From positions 15,376,001 to 15,440,000 of the forward strand of contig JBHGNT010000001.1 in assembly GCA_043228905.1 (NCBI GenBank): a stretch of DNA of 64,000 bases, in the 5' to 3' direction. How positions within the stretch are numbered: the stretch's first letter is position 1; each line of letters opens with the position of its first letter. The notes beneath the pieces were generated by a model. The model was not told where the DNA came from and did no database searches. It was given only the letters and a program-made list of their open reading frames with translations. Made by a program: the position numbers and the translations under genes. Shown here piece after piece: positions 1 to 12,600 of this stretch. The stretch is from Azolla caroliniana (lineage: Eukaryota; Plantae; Polypodiophyta).

Positions 1-1580
1 ATGTTGATAGTCGGTCAAGACATAAGGAAGATTGGAAGCTTGAAGAAAGCTCTCGGCAAATCATTTGCCATGAAAAACCTTGGACCGGCAAAGCAAATCC
101 TAGGAATGCACATAGTTCGAGACAGAACTTCGAGTCCTTCATGATGGAACACCGGTTCCAGAAAACACAGGTTGATCACTATGTGTTCATAAAAAGGTAT
201 GAAGAAGGAGACTTCTTTATTCTCTTATTATATGTTGATGACATGTTGATAGTCGGTCAAGACATAAGGAAGATTGGAAGCTTGAAGAAAGCTCTCGGCA
301 AATCATTTGCCATGAAAAACCTTGGACCGGCAAAGCAAATCCTAGGAATGCACATAGTTCGAGACAGAACTTCGAGTCCTTCATGATGGAACACCGGTTC
401 CAGAAAACACAGGTTGATCACTATGTGTTCATAAAAAGGTATGAAGAAGGAGACTTCTTTATTCTCTTATTATATGTTGATGACATGTTGATAGTCGGTC
501 AAGACATAAGGAAGATTGGAAGCTTGAAGAAAGCTCTCGGCAAATCATTTGCCATGAAAAACCTTGGACCGGCAAAGCAAATCCTAGGAATGCACATAGT
601 TCGAGCCAGAACTTCGAGTCCTTCATGATGGAACACCGGTTCCAGAAAACACAGGTTGATCACTATGTGTTCATAAAAAGGTATGAAGAAGGAGACTTCT
701 TTATTCTCTTATTATATGTTGATGACATGTTGATAGTCGGTCAAGACATAAGGAAGATTGGAAGCTTGAAGAAAGCTCTCGGCAAATCATTTGCCATGAA
801 AAACCTTGGACCGGCAAAGCAAATCCTAGGAATGCACATAGTTCGAGACAGAACTTCGAGTCCTTCATGATGGAACACCGGTTCCAGAAAACACAGGTTG
901 ATCACTATGTGTTCATAAAAAGGTATGAAGAAGGAGACTTCTTTATTCTCTTATTATATGTTGATGACATGTTGATAGTCGGTCAAGACATAAGGAAGAT
1001 TGGAAGCTTGAAGAAAGCTCTCGGCAAATCATTTGCCATGAAAAACCTTGGACCGGCAAAGCAAATCCTAGGAATGCACATAGTTCGAGACAGAACTTCG
1101 AGTCCTTCATGATGGAACACCGGTTCCAGAAAACACAGGTTGATCACTATGTGTTCATAAAAAGGTATGAAGAAGGAGACTTCTTTATTCTCTTATTATA
1201 TGTTGATGACATGTTGATAGTCGGTCAAGACATAAGGAAGATTGGAAGCTTGAAGAAAGCTCTCGGCAAATCATTTGCCATGAAAAACCTTGGACCGGCA
1301 AAGCAAATCCTAGGAATGCACATAGTTCGAGACAGAACTTCGAGTCCTTCATGATGGAACACCGGTTCCAGAAAACACAGGTTGATCACTATGTGTTCAT
1401 AAAAAGGTATGAAGAAGGAGACTTCTTGATTCTCTTATTATATGTTGATGACATGTTGATAGTCGGTCAAGACATAAGGAAGATTGGAAGCTTGGAGAAA
1501 GCTCTCGGCAAATCATTTGCCATGAAAGACCTTGGACCGGCAAAGCAAATCCTAGGAATGCACATAGTTTGAGACAGAAC
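1..1580 (+). repeat. Tandem array of a 242-bp unit derived from Copia reverse-transcriptase coding sequence (6 full units plus a partial one; runs off the window start)
   Basis: Near-identical ORFs at 141, 383, 625, 867, 1109 and 1351 (period 242), each containing LLYVDDMLI; unit junction GACAGAAC|TTCGAGTCC. Confidence 0.97.
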
Positions 1581-3003
1581 TCAAAAGGTGTTGTGGTTGT
1601 CACAACAGAAGTATGTGACGAAGATCTTAGAGAGATTCAACATGTCGGACGCAAAGTAGGTCAACTTAGTGTTACCAACAAACTGCAGGTTAAATGCGAA
1701 GTAGTGCCCGAGAGGGGTGAAGGAGAAGGCTGAGATGAGGAAGGTACCATATGCCTCGGCCGTCAGCAGTCTAATGTATGCTATGGTCTGTACGAGACCG
1801 GACATATCATTTGTTGTAGGAGCAGTAAGCCGATATATGAGTCATCCAGGCAGAGAGCACTGGGCAGCATTGAAGTGGATACTCAGGTACCGGAAAGGCA
1901 CCTCGAAGGTGTGCCTAAGTTATGGTGTCGGAAAACCGGTGCTGGAAGGTTTTACCGATTCGGACATGTCAGGAGATGTCGACTCGAGCAGATCCACATC
2001 AGTGTACGCGATGACCTATGTAGGGGGAGCAGTGTCGTGGCAATCACGACTGCAGAAGTCTGTAGCTTTATCGACTATAGAGGCAGAGTATATGGCAGCG
2101 GTAGAAGCCGGAAAAGAGCTGATCTCGATGTAAAATATTCTCACCGAACTAGGCATGAAGCAAAAGGAGTTCTTGCTTCACTGTGACAGTCAAAGCGCCA
2201 TACACCTAGCCAAGAACGCGGCATACCACTCTCGGACCAAGCACATACAGAGAAGGTATCACTGGTTGCGGGAGAGAGTCGAAGATGGAGAGTTTGCTCT
2301 TGTGAAGATCCATACTGACGACAATGGATCCAACATGCTGACAAAGAACCTACCTATGGACAGATTCAGAGTCTGTCGACAGAATACAAGATTGACAGAT
2401 TTTCTCCCACAAGAGTGAAGGGGGAGTTTGTTGGGAATATGTCCCTCCAGTGGGAGGAAGAGCCGACTGTCGAAGGGTCGAAAACAGTGATTCAACTGTT
2501 TGAGAATTCGACTGTTATTATTATTATGGTAATAATAATGATGATGCTAGGAAACATGTCACTCTGGAAACCAGAATAGTGTATATAGCCAACTCAGGAA
2601 ACTATACTTGTAAATAGTCTCAATGTGCGCCCCATGAGGGCTAGGTATGTAAATAGCTAGAAAGTTGTGTAAGTATATATGCAACTAGGGCAAACTTTAA
2701 GATGTAGAATAGAAGAGAACATAACTGTGAGTGTGAGATAGAAGTGTGCGCCGTGCCATAGCTGTGCAAGTAACAGCACACGCGAAGAGCCTTGCGTGGC
2801 TGATACACTCGACAGAGTGTTGTAACCCTCTTAGTGTTGTATATCCACTATCCATAGTGAAGATCTATTCCTGTGGTTTTCTCCCGTTTTAGGGTTTCCA
2901 CGTAAATCTCTGTGCATAGTTGTCTATCTTCTTTTTTTTGTGTGATTCGTATTTTAGCATTGCCTATTCATTGTGATTTAAGTTCTGAAACGATTTCTCA
3001 ACA
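1..3003 (+). mobile_element. Ty1/Copia element A1, 3' part (decayed RT/RNase H, PPT, 3' LTR 2429-3003)
   Basis: Motifs YASAVSSLMYAMVCTRPDI, STIEAEY and HSRTKHI with internal stops; PPT GTGAAGGGGGAG before TGTTGGG at 2429; LTR ends TCTCAACA at 3003. Confidence 0.93.
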
Positions 3004-3838
3004 AGAACGACACAGTAGAAAAACAATGTAAAGCAACGGAATAGATTATCAATAATAGTTAGGACGCGCGCGTGAAGCACAAGGAATACAACTGGTCAGA
3101 GCCAGGAACAAAGATTCGAGCTCTAGAGCAAACACATGAAAAAGAGGACCTTTGGCCGGGAGTGCGCGGGCGTCTGACGCGAGCCGAGGGTTCCTTCCAA
3201 GGTTTGGTCGTAGGGGTTTGAAAGAGAGCGAGAGAGCGAGATAGAGCGAGCTCCTCCTTCCTGTTCGGTAGTGTCTTCCCCTCCTCAAAAACCCTTGATC
3301 CCTTTGAATAGTTTGAGTCCGCCCCTTTTATCGCCCTAGGAGTAACTGTTACATCGGGTTTAATGACCTCTCGATATCCCCTCCTAGATTCTCTTCTTGA
3401 TGTGCTCTCACTATCTTACCTTTGTTCTCCCCCAACTACGCGATATTAAATCCTCTATTAATGCCTAACTTCCTAGTAATCCACAAAACCTACCAACACC
3501 TGGTATTAACATAAAGTAGTACAAAAGGGGGTGCACTTGTGCACACCCGCGTTCCCACGCCTTTGGCAACTTTTCCCCCTATGGCCTGGAATCTTCACGA
3601 CATCCACCCCCACCAAACCGCACATCCTCCGGTATGTGCTAGGTAGCGAGTTTAGTGGAGGATTCCAAAGCTAGCCGGTACTCATCCTCTCGGTCCGAGT
3701 CATCGCTTTCGATTCCCATTGTTGGGTCCAGTTCCGCTTCGTTCCGCCTTTTGACGGCCTTTATCCGCTTCCCTGCTACCGGTGTCATCATTCGGGTCCC
3801 GTCGAACTCTGTGAGATGGTATATCGTGTTGTCGTTCA
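3004..3838 (-). mobile_element. Trp-family element T0: integrase C-terminus, PPT and interrupted 3' LTR (3004-3602)
   Basis: Minus strand encodes DNTIYHLTEFDGTRMMTPVAGKRIKAVKRR, homologous to 31680-31820; then GGTGGGGGTGGA and LTR start TGTCGTGAAGATTCC, as at 31896. Confidence 0.85.
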
Positions 3839-4457
3839 TGTTGAGAATCGATTCGTAAAACCACAAGATCAAATGATGCTGAAAATACATTACACAGGCA
3901 CACAATGACACAATACACAGAGATTTACGTGGAAACCTTGAAAACGGGAGAAAACCACGGGAGAGCAGAAACTTCACTATACAGTGAATGTACAAGGCAG
4001 AGATTACAACACTCTTATTTTGAGTGTATCACCCACACAAGGTTCTTGGTGTTTGCTGTTACGCACATAGTTATGGCGCCGATCTCTCTCTTCTTCCTCA
4101 CACTCTCTCGCTTCTCGCGTCTCTCTTACGCACACTTCTATCGTCATCGCTTTACTATGTTTGCCCTAGATGTATATATATACTGATACATTGTGTGGAC
4201 TATTTACAATTGTGGCCACTGCTACATATCATTACTATTATTATTACTATAATAATAATAATAATTTGTTTAAATAATCGACTCTTTGTTGTCGACTCTC
4301 TGTTGTCGACTGTCGGCTGTCGGCTACTTCCGAACAGTTGGTTCCTCCCACTGGAGGGACATATCCCCAACAAAGTTCCCCTTCACTCCTGGGGAAGGGA
4401 GTCAGTCAATCCTGTCTTCTGTCGACAGACTCTAAGTCTGTCCATAGGTAGGTTCTT

Positions 4458-4901
4458 TATTAGAGATCTAGGTACTAAAGTAAGCTTAAGATAAGGATAA
4501 ACTAAATGATAGATAGAAAGGAGAAAGAGAAAGAAGGGTGCCGATCCACCCGACCACCCCTGAGCGAAGGGATCGAGACGGACTCGAGCCTCGATCGACG
4601 TCCCATACCACCGCTGTGGCGTCGAGTCGTACCTGGTGCTGACGCGCTCGCTACAAGAGTTGACCCACCACAAGAGCAGAGTCTTGATGCAGTCAAAAAG
4701 ATGATCAAATGAGGGTAGCTAGGCCTCTTATTTATAGCGATACCCAAGGCCCCTAGGCATGTTCACACTTGACCTAATGGGTTGTCTCAATCCCGAGGAT
4801 TCCCTTCTTTACACTCTCGTTTAACCCTCACACTTATCCACGTGTATAGAATACTATGGTAAATTCTCACCACGGGATATTAAATGGTCATGCCCGTAAC
4901 A
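4458..4901 (-). mobile_element. Solo LTR of chromovirus G1 family
   Basis: Homologous to the LTRs at 7445 and 40268-40706; perfect 5-bp TSD TTCTT on both sides. Confidence 0.92.
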
Positions 4902-5254
4902 TTCTTCGTGAGCATGTCAGATCCATTGTCATCCGTGTGGATCTTCACAAGTGTAAACTCTCCTTCTTCGACTTTCTCCCACAACCAGTGATACCTTCTC
5001 TATATGTGCTTGGTTCGGGAGTGATATGCAACATTCTTGGCAAGATGTATGGCACTTTGGCTAACATAGTGAAGCAAGAACTCCCTCTGCTTCATCCCTA
5101 GCTCGTTGAGAAAATTTCTCATCTAGATCAGCTCTTTTCTGGCCTCTACTGCTGCCATATACTCTACCTCTGTAGTTGACAAGGCTATAGACTTCTGCAG
5201 TCGTGATTGCCTCGACATTGCTTCCCCTTCATAGGTCATCACGTACCCCGACAT

Positions 5255-6457
5255 TGTCGTGAAGATTTTCGGCAACGGTGTGAAAATTGTGTGCAACGAA
5301 CGAAATCGAGAAGGTGCAATGTGCACATGTGAAAGGGGTGAAGGCCACACACATATGCTAGTGTGTTGTAAATAGGACTGAAATGAGAATCATAAAAGAA
5401 AAGCTAGATGTCAAGTTAAACATGTGCACGTGTGATGTGCGCTCAATTGTAAATATAAAAATAAGACTAAAGCATTTAAGTGCATACATAGGGGTGGAAG
5501 AAAGGCTTGAACCTTGCACCTCCAAAATAGAAGACAAATTAACTTACCACTAAAGCCACTACTAAGTGCATTAAAATTTGTATATTTTCTTTTCATATTC
5601 ATTATTTTTTAGGAAGCAAACATATAGAAACTGTGGGCGCAAAAGGGCGCAAAACCATGGTTTTAGCTCGTGGTTTCAGCCCATGGGTTTAGACCATGGT
5701 TTTTGCATGGAGAGACCTATAAAAGCCTATAGTTGGGCTTGTGTAAGGAGGCAAGAGGATGTAAGTAAAAAAAGAAACTTTTAATCAAAGATCTAAGTTA
5801 TCCTAATGGTGATGTATCTTGTTTCGTAACACTAAAGTCAAGGGTTCAATCTCTATATCTCTCTCTTCATCTATCCATCCATCCATCTATCTTCAATATT
5901 TTCTCGCTTACGCTACTAAAACATCGAATCCTTCCGGTCCAGGACCCCGGTGGCCCCGCTTAATTTCGCGAACACGCGAGGATTTCCTCAACATCTTACT
6001 TGGTGAAGACGCGGTAGGAAGGATCAAGACGAGGATCGACCAATACTTGGAGATGGCATCCTTAAGCAATCAAGTGGGAGAGTTAGAAAGAATGATGATA
6101 ATCTTCGGACAAATGATGAGATCTTGGGACAACGATGCGAGCGTGGAGAAGGCCGTCAACCGTGTCGTGGAGATCGGGGGTCAATTTGGAGATCATCATC
6201 AATAATAATTTAATACTCTTCTTATTCTTCTTCTTGACATCTATCTTCTTCTCAAGTATAAAAATCTTTGATCTTCTCAAGTGTGACATTAGTTTCCTCA
6301 ACTCCTACATACACATCGTCATCTTTTCGATAACTTGGCAAACGTCCTCCTAGGCGCAAACGTTCTCCCCGGTCCAAGACCTCGGTGGTCCTCCCCGGTC
6401 CAAGACCTCGGTGGTCCCGCTCAAGCGAAGGATGCACGCACGCGCATCTTCACGACA
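5255..6457 (+). mobile_element. Trp-family element T1, internally deleted (LTR 5255-5993, PBS remnant, gag start, dissimilar 3' LTR end)
   Basis: Termini TGTCGTGAAGAT and ATCTTCACGACA; flanks ACAT/ATGT (ACGT after CpG decay); gag piece VEKAVNRVVEIGGQF matches T5 IDKAVDRTVEIAGRF. Confidence 0.85.
5503..5558 (-). promoter_or_regulatory. tRNA-like A/B-box module in the T1 LTR
   Basis: TGGCTTTAGTGG and GGTTCAAGCC at 46-nt spacing. Confidence 0.6.
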
Positions 6458-8492
6458 ATGTGGATCATCTTGAGTCTACATCTCCTGACATGTCTGAGTC
6501 GGTAAAACCTTCCAACACAAGTTTTCTGACACCATACCCTAGGCACACCCCTGAGGTGATTTTTAAGTACCTGAGTATCCACTTCACCGCTGCCTAGTGT
6601 TCTCTTCCTGGATTACTCATATATTGGTTTACTGCTCCCACAACGAATGCTATGTTTGGTCTCGTACAGACCATAGCATACATTAGACTGCCGACGGCCG
6701 AGGCATATGGTACCTTCCTCATCTCGGCCTTCTCCTTCTCCCCTTTTGGGCATTGCTTCACATTCAACCTGTAGTTTGTTAGCAACACTGAGCCGACTGT
6801 CTTTGCGTTCGAAATGTTGAACCTTTCTAGGATCTTCGTCACATACTTTTGTTGTGACAACCATAGCACCTTGTGAGTTTTGTCTCGAACTATGTACATT
6901 CCTAAAATCTATTTAGTCGGTCCAAGGTCTTTCATGGCAAACGACCTGCCTAGAGCTTTCTTCAAGCTTCCGATCTTCCTTGTGTCTTGACCGACTATCA
7001 ACATGTCATCAACATATAACAAGAGAATCAAGAAGTCTCCTTCTTTGTACCTTTTGACGAACACATAGTGATTGGCCTATGTTTTCTGGAATTGGTGTTC
7101 CATCATGAAGGACTCAAACTTCTTGTACCATTGGCGTGGAGCTTATTTCAGACCGTACAAGCTTTTCTTTAATCGACATACCAGGTTCTCTTTCCCTTCT
7201 CCTCAAAGCCTTCGGGTTGCTGCATGTAGATTTCTTCTTCTAGCTCCCCGTGCAGGAATGCGGTTTTGACATCCAACTGTTCGATCTCTAGGTCCATACT
7301 AGCCACTATGCTTAGAACAGTTCGAATGGATGTCATCTTTACGACCGATGCTAATATTTTGTCAAAGTCGACGCCCTTTTTCTGTTGAAAACCCTTCACC
7401 ACTATGCGGGCTTCATACTTGGGTTCACTATCGGCTTCTCTAGTTATTAGAGATATGATCTAATGTAAGCGTATGATAAGAAGAAAGAATGATAGATAGA
7501 TAGAAAAGAGAGAGAGAAAGAAGGGTGCCGCTCCACCTGACCACCCCCGAGCGAAGGGATCGAGACGGACTCGAGCCTTGATCGGTGTCCCATACCACCG
7601 CTGTGGCATCGAGTCGTACCTGGTGCTGGCACGCTCGCTACAAGAGTTGAACCACCACGAAATAGAGTCTTGACGTAGTCAAAAGATGGTGAAATGAGGG
7701 TAGCTAGGCCTCTTATTTATAGCGATACCCAAGGACCCCATGCAAGTTCACACTTGGCCTAATCGGTTGTCTCAATCCCGAGGATTAAAATTAATCCTCC
7801 CCTTCTTTACACTCTCGTTTAACCCTCACACTTATCTACGTTGTTGTGCCTTTCAGCGCCAGATCGTTGCGTGAGTCGGGTGGGAACCACTAGGGTTTTG
7901 GACTAGGAGGAGGAAGAATTTAAGACGAGTCTAGTTATGAATAGATTATTAGAAAGAGAGATAGAAACTTGTGAATCCCACAAGTATAGTTGTTTTAGTT
8001 TATCTTAATCGTAGTAATAAATTGAAATAGTTTAGAATAGATTAGAGTAAATTGAGAAAAGAGATCAAAACTTGTGAATCCCACAAGTATTATATTAATC
8101 AATATTTATGTAAGAATATGAATGTAGATTGAAAGAGAAGGATATAGAAACCTCGTGAATCCCACGAATATAGTTTATTTCGTGAATCCCACGAATATAG
8201 TTTATTTCGTGAATCCCACGAATATAGTTTATTAATTGGTGTTTTTAGAAATATATCCAATTTCCAAAGTTTTCACACACCTTATTACATTGTGCTCCCC
8301 ATCCTTATATAGTGATGAGAGAGCCCGTGCTTTTTCTCTAACTATAGACTCCATGCTTTTTCTGTCGATAGACTACATGATTTCTCTAAACATGCTTTTT
8401 CTAAAAGTGATCATGCGTTTTTTTTATCTAGAAAATATACATGAAATAACTCTTCTATGTGGGATATCTACTTTTTAACACTTATGATATGT

Positions 8493-8550
8493 TAGTGTAA
8501 TGGTAAGGCTTTACATTATAAACATGGAAGTACAAGGTTGGAATCTTGCC
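8493..8550 (+). promoter_or_regulatory. tRNA-like A/B-box module in the T2 3' LTR (also 17869-17925)
   Basis: TAGTGTAATGG and GGTTGGAATC at 44-nt spacing. Confidence 0.6.
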
Positions 8551-9528
8551 CTATGCATGTAATATATATTTTGATATTTCTTTCTTTTTCTTCATATTTA
8601 TTCAATCGGTTATTTTATATGTTTTTCACGTAGTGTACGAAATACACTATGACACTCGCCCCCTTCGAACCCGCACATCCTTCGGTATGTGCCAAAATTG
8701 TCGGAGCTTGTTATTCTCTATCCGTAATACTCTGTTTCTCTCACTATGTCGACTTTGTCTCTCCATTTTGAGCACATCCATTCTTTCCACCCGAACCATT
8801 GTCGCCATCCGATCCACCATATTCTTCGTTCACTCTTTGCATGGCCATGACCGGTTGTCATGACTCCTCGTGCTCTTTTTGAGCTTAACCCTTCATGTCT
8901 CGTGCATGTGCCACCTTCATTCCGACTATCTCCTTGGTCAAGACACTCCGCACTTCATCCACCTTCATCGTACAATCTCGCATTAGAGTTGACAATCTTC
9001 ATGTTAGAGCCCTCCTTCTTTTTCAAGATCTCATCCTCAGTAACACCCTTCAAATCCGCTTGGCCCTTTGTCATCCGTGGTAGTGTGCCTGCTTGGCGGC
9101 TTCCTCGTGTTCACCGGCCTCGACTGCTTTGACCTCTGGTTGAGTCGTATTAGCTTCTTTCCGGATCGGTCTCGTCCGATCGGCTTTCGGCTAGGTCGGC
9201 TTCCATCCATATTCACGTTCAACCGAATCGGACTCGGTCGATCGGTTTTGACCGAGTCGACCACCTTTCGGGCCGGCTTTCTTTCAGATTGGAATTCCGT
9301 CCGGATCATCTTCCATCCGAACCGGCTTCTGACTTTACCTTTCTTGCTGCCACCTCCCGTCTCTCTGGTCTCACGTTGGTTCTCGAACACAACCACCAAA
9401 GTCTCTAGAATTAGTGGGCAGGAATCCTCTGTATTACCATCCTCCGTCGTTTCACACATAGCTACCTTCTCGGCTATCTCTCCGTTGTATGCATCAGCTT
9501 CAGCCTTCATTTTCTCTCCGCCACCTTC

Positions 9529-9589
9529 TGTTAAGGAATGGGAAGGCAAGAATGGTTGCAATGTGAACGTATATGTGTGTGTGTGTAAC

Positions 9590-9661
<72 letters not shown>

Positions 9662-12600
9662 AAAGTGTATATGATATTAATGCAATGAAATACATCCAAC
9701 AGTGACTAAGTTACAATGAGTTGGTTTATATACTAACTAAGCTAGGGCAAGCACCCTTTCTACTATTTACAAAACTAGCTTGGAGTGTCCATGAGCTAGT
9801 GTGAAACCTATCTAAGGGAAGTTGAGTTCGATTCTCAACACGCCCCTTCGAACACAACTTCCATCTGTCGGAAATTCGCTCGGTTCTTACTTCGACTTGT
9901 CTAGTTAGCTGTGTTGCGTATTGCGTAGCCTATCCGTGCTGCATCTGCTTCTTCGTCTATGTACTCCCCCTCAAGCTCGGCAATGTGGACATCGTGAGAC
10001 CAAGATCCGATGCAAATTGCCCGAGCTTGTCGATGCCTAAGGCCTTCGTAAAGATATCAACGACTTGTAGGTGCATGCTGATGTGTTGGAGGTCAATTTC
10101 TCCGGCCTAGACGCGCTCGTGGATGAAGTGGTCATGCACTTCGATGTGTTTAGTCCGCGTGTGAAATACGGGGTTACTCGCGAGGTAGATACTGCTCATG
10201 TTGTCGCAGTACAGGCATATTGGATCTTTGATGGGTACACCCTGCTCTTTTAGTATACGCTTAAGCCATACAACTTCGCATGCGGCGACTGTCGCGCCCC
10301 TATATTCGGCTTCCGTGCTCGACAGTGCGACTGTCGGCTGTTTCTTGCTGCTCTAGGAGATCACTCCGCTGCCGAGGGAGAAGAAGAATCCAGATGTGGA
10401 TCGTCTATCTGCTTTGTATCCTGCCCAGACCACGTCTATGTACCCTTCAAGTCGAATGGTCGTATTCGACTTATACAAGATGCCATAATCCACTGTTGTG
10501 CTGACATACCGTAGTATCCTCTTAGTGCAGTTGAGGTGAAGGTTTCTTGGGTTCTGCATGAATTGGCTAAGTAGGTTGACCGAATAACTGAGGTTGGGTC
10601 GCGTAATGGTTAGGTAGATTAGACTGCCGATTAGTTGACGATACTGAGTCAACTCACTCGCGGCCGTGCTAGAACTGGCATCGATCTTGAGATTACATTC
10701 AAGAGGGGTAGTCACGGGTTTGCACTCTGTCATTCCGAACTTGTAGAGTAAGTTGAGAATGTAGTGCCGTTGTGAGATCATGATCCCGACTGGTGTCTGA
10801 ATTACTTCAATACCTAGAAAGTAATGAAGTTCGTGCAGGTCCTTCATTTCGAATCTGCCAAAAAGAAGTGATTTAACTTTGTTAATCTCAGGGAGATCCT
10901 TTCCTCCGATAACTAAGTCATCCACGTATAGAATGATGACTATCGGGCTATCCAACTCATTTAGGATGTACAGAGATGTATCGGATTTTGACATCTGAAA
11001 GCGAACTTGGTGAAGATACTGCGTGATCTTCGAGTGCCAAGCACACGGTGCTTGTTTGAGGCCGTAGAGTGGCTTTTTGAGTCGGCATACGACATGCAGA
11101 TGATTACGCGATTCGAATCCATGTGGTTGTGACATATACACCTCTTCTTCTAGCTCTCCTTGGAGGAAAGCGTTTTTCACGTCAATCTGATGGAGGTGCC
11201 ACCCTTTTGCTGCTGCTAGCGCGATTACGGTTCGTACTGTCGTCATATTTGCCACCGGGACAAAGGTTTCTTCGTAGTCTACGCCGTGTGTTTGTGCGTA
11301 GCCTTTTTCAATGAGCCGTGCTTTGAAGCAATTTACGGAACCATCGGCATTGTGCTTCACCTTGTAAATCCACCTACAACCAATTGGTTTCTTGTTCGAG
11401 GGGTGAGGAACGAGATCCCATGTCTTGTTTTTGCATAGCGCTTCCATCTCCTCATTCATCGCGGATCCTTTGCGGCTTCGGAAAGCGTTTCCGGTTCCCA
11501 TACTGACGCTACCTTCATCGTGAATGTGTAATTATACGCCATGTATTCGTCGTAGCTGTAGCGGTTTACAGGGTTCTTCTCGAAAATGTGGACATGCGAT
11601 AAGTCCGACTTCTTTCCAAAGAACTTCTCATGAGGAGTTATGTCATGTACTCCTGAGGTTGTGCACCTACCTATTCATGAGGTATACGACCGTGTTCGCC
11701 ACTTTTGCCCAATACGATTTCGGCAGGTTCTTCTCATTCATCATGGCTCGTGCGACTTCTACTATGTGGTGGTTTTTACGCTCAGCTACGCCATTTTGCT
11801 AAGGTGTATGTCGACACGAGAACTCTCGTCGGACTCCTTCCTTGCGGAGATACGCCAAGAACTCATCCGAAAAATATTCTTTGCTTCCATCTGATCGAAG
11901 GCAGCGTACATGCCGGCCCCTGGCTTTTTCCACTTCGGCTTTGAACTTCTAGAAGTGGCCAAATACTTCACTCTTTTGCTTCATTGGATAAATCCAGGTA
12001 TTTCTAGAGAAGTCGTCGATGAACGTGACATAGCAACGACACTCGCCGAAACTAGTTGTTTGGGCTGGTCCCCACACATCTGAATGTATGACATCCAGGA
12101 TCCCTTTGCTTACATTCCACTCTTTTGGAAATGAATGATGGTGTTGCTTTCCGAATTGGCATGCTTCGCACACGCCCATGATCTCCTTTGCCATAAAGTT
12201 CGGGAGTCCCATTACGACTCGTTTTGTTTGCATGTTCTGAAGCTTCTGGAGATTGATGTGGACGATTCTCTTGTGCCACAACTTTAAGTCGGTTTCGACT
12301 TTCTGGCCTTTTGCGTACATGGCTGACTTTACTTCGCTCGACTCGAGGATGAACATACGACCTTCTCGTTTGCCGTGAGCTATGATTTAATTGCCTTTTT
12401 CAATGAAGCACCCATCATTGTTGAAGCGTACCTACATTCCTTGTTCTACAATCTAGCCTACTGAGACCAGGTTTTTCGTGATGGTGGGAACATGCAGTGT
12501 TCCCATTACGACTCGTTTTGTTTGCATGTTCTGAAGCTTCTGGAGATTGATGTGGATGATTCTCTTGTGCCACAACTTTAAGTCGGTTTCGACTTTCTGG

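Noticed and set aside
141-1572. ATGA-overlapping 81-aa ORFs resembling a translationally coupled operon
   Set aside because: The overlap follows automatically from a 242-bp unit (not a multiple of 3) cut from RT; the context is eukaryotic and the peptide is an RT fragment.
1-1580. CRISPR-like array
   Set aside because: Units are contiguous copies without unique spacers, and there are no cas genes.
9821-9840. B-box-like GTTCGATTC at the Copia B LTR end
   Set aside because: No A-box at tRNA spacing; the sequence is explained by the PPT hairpin arm.
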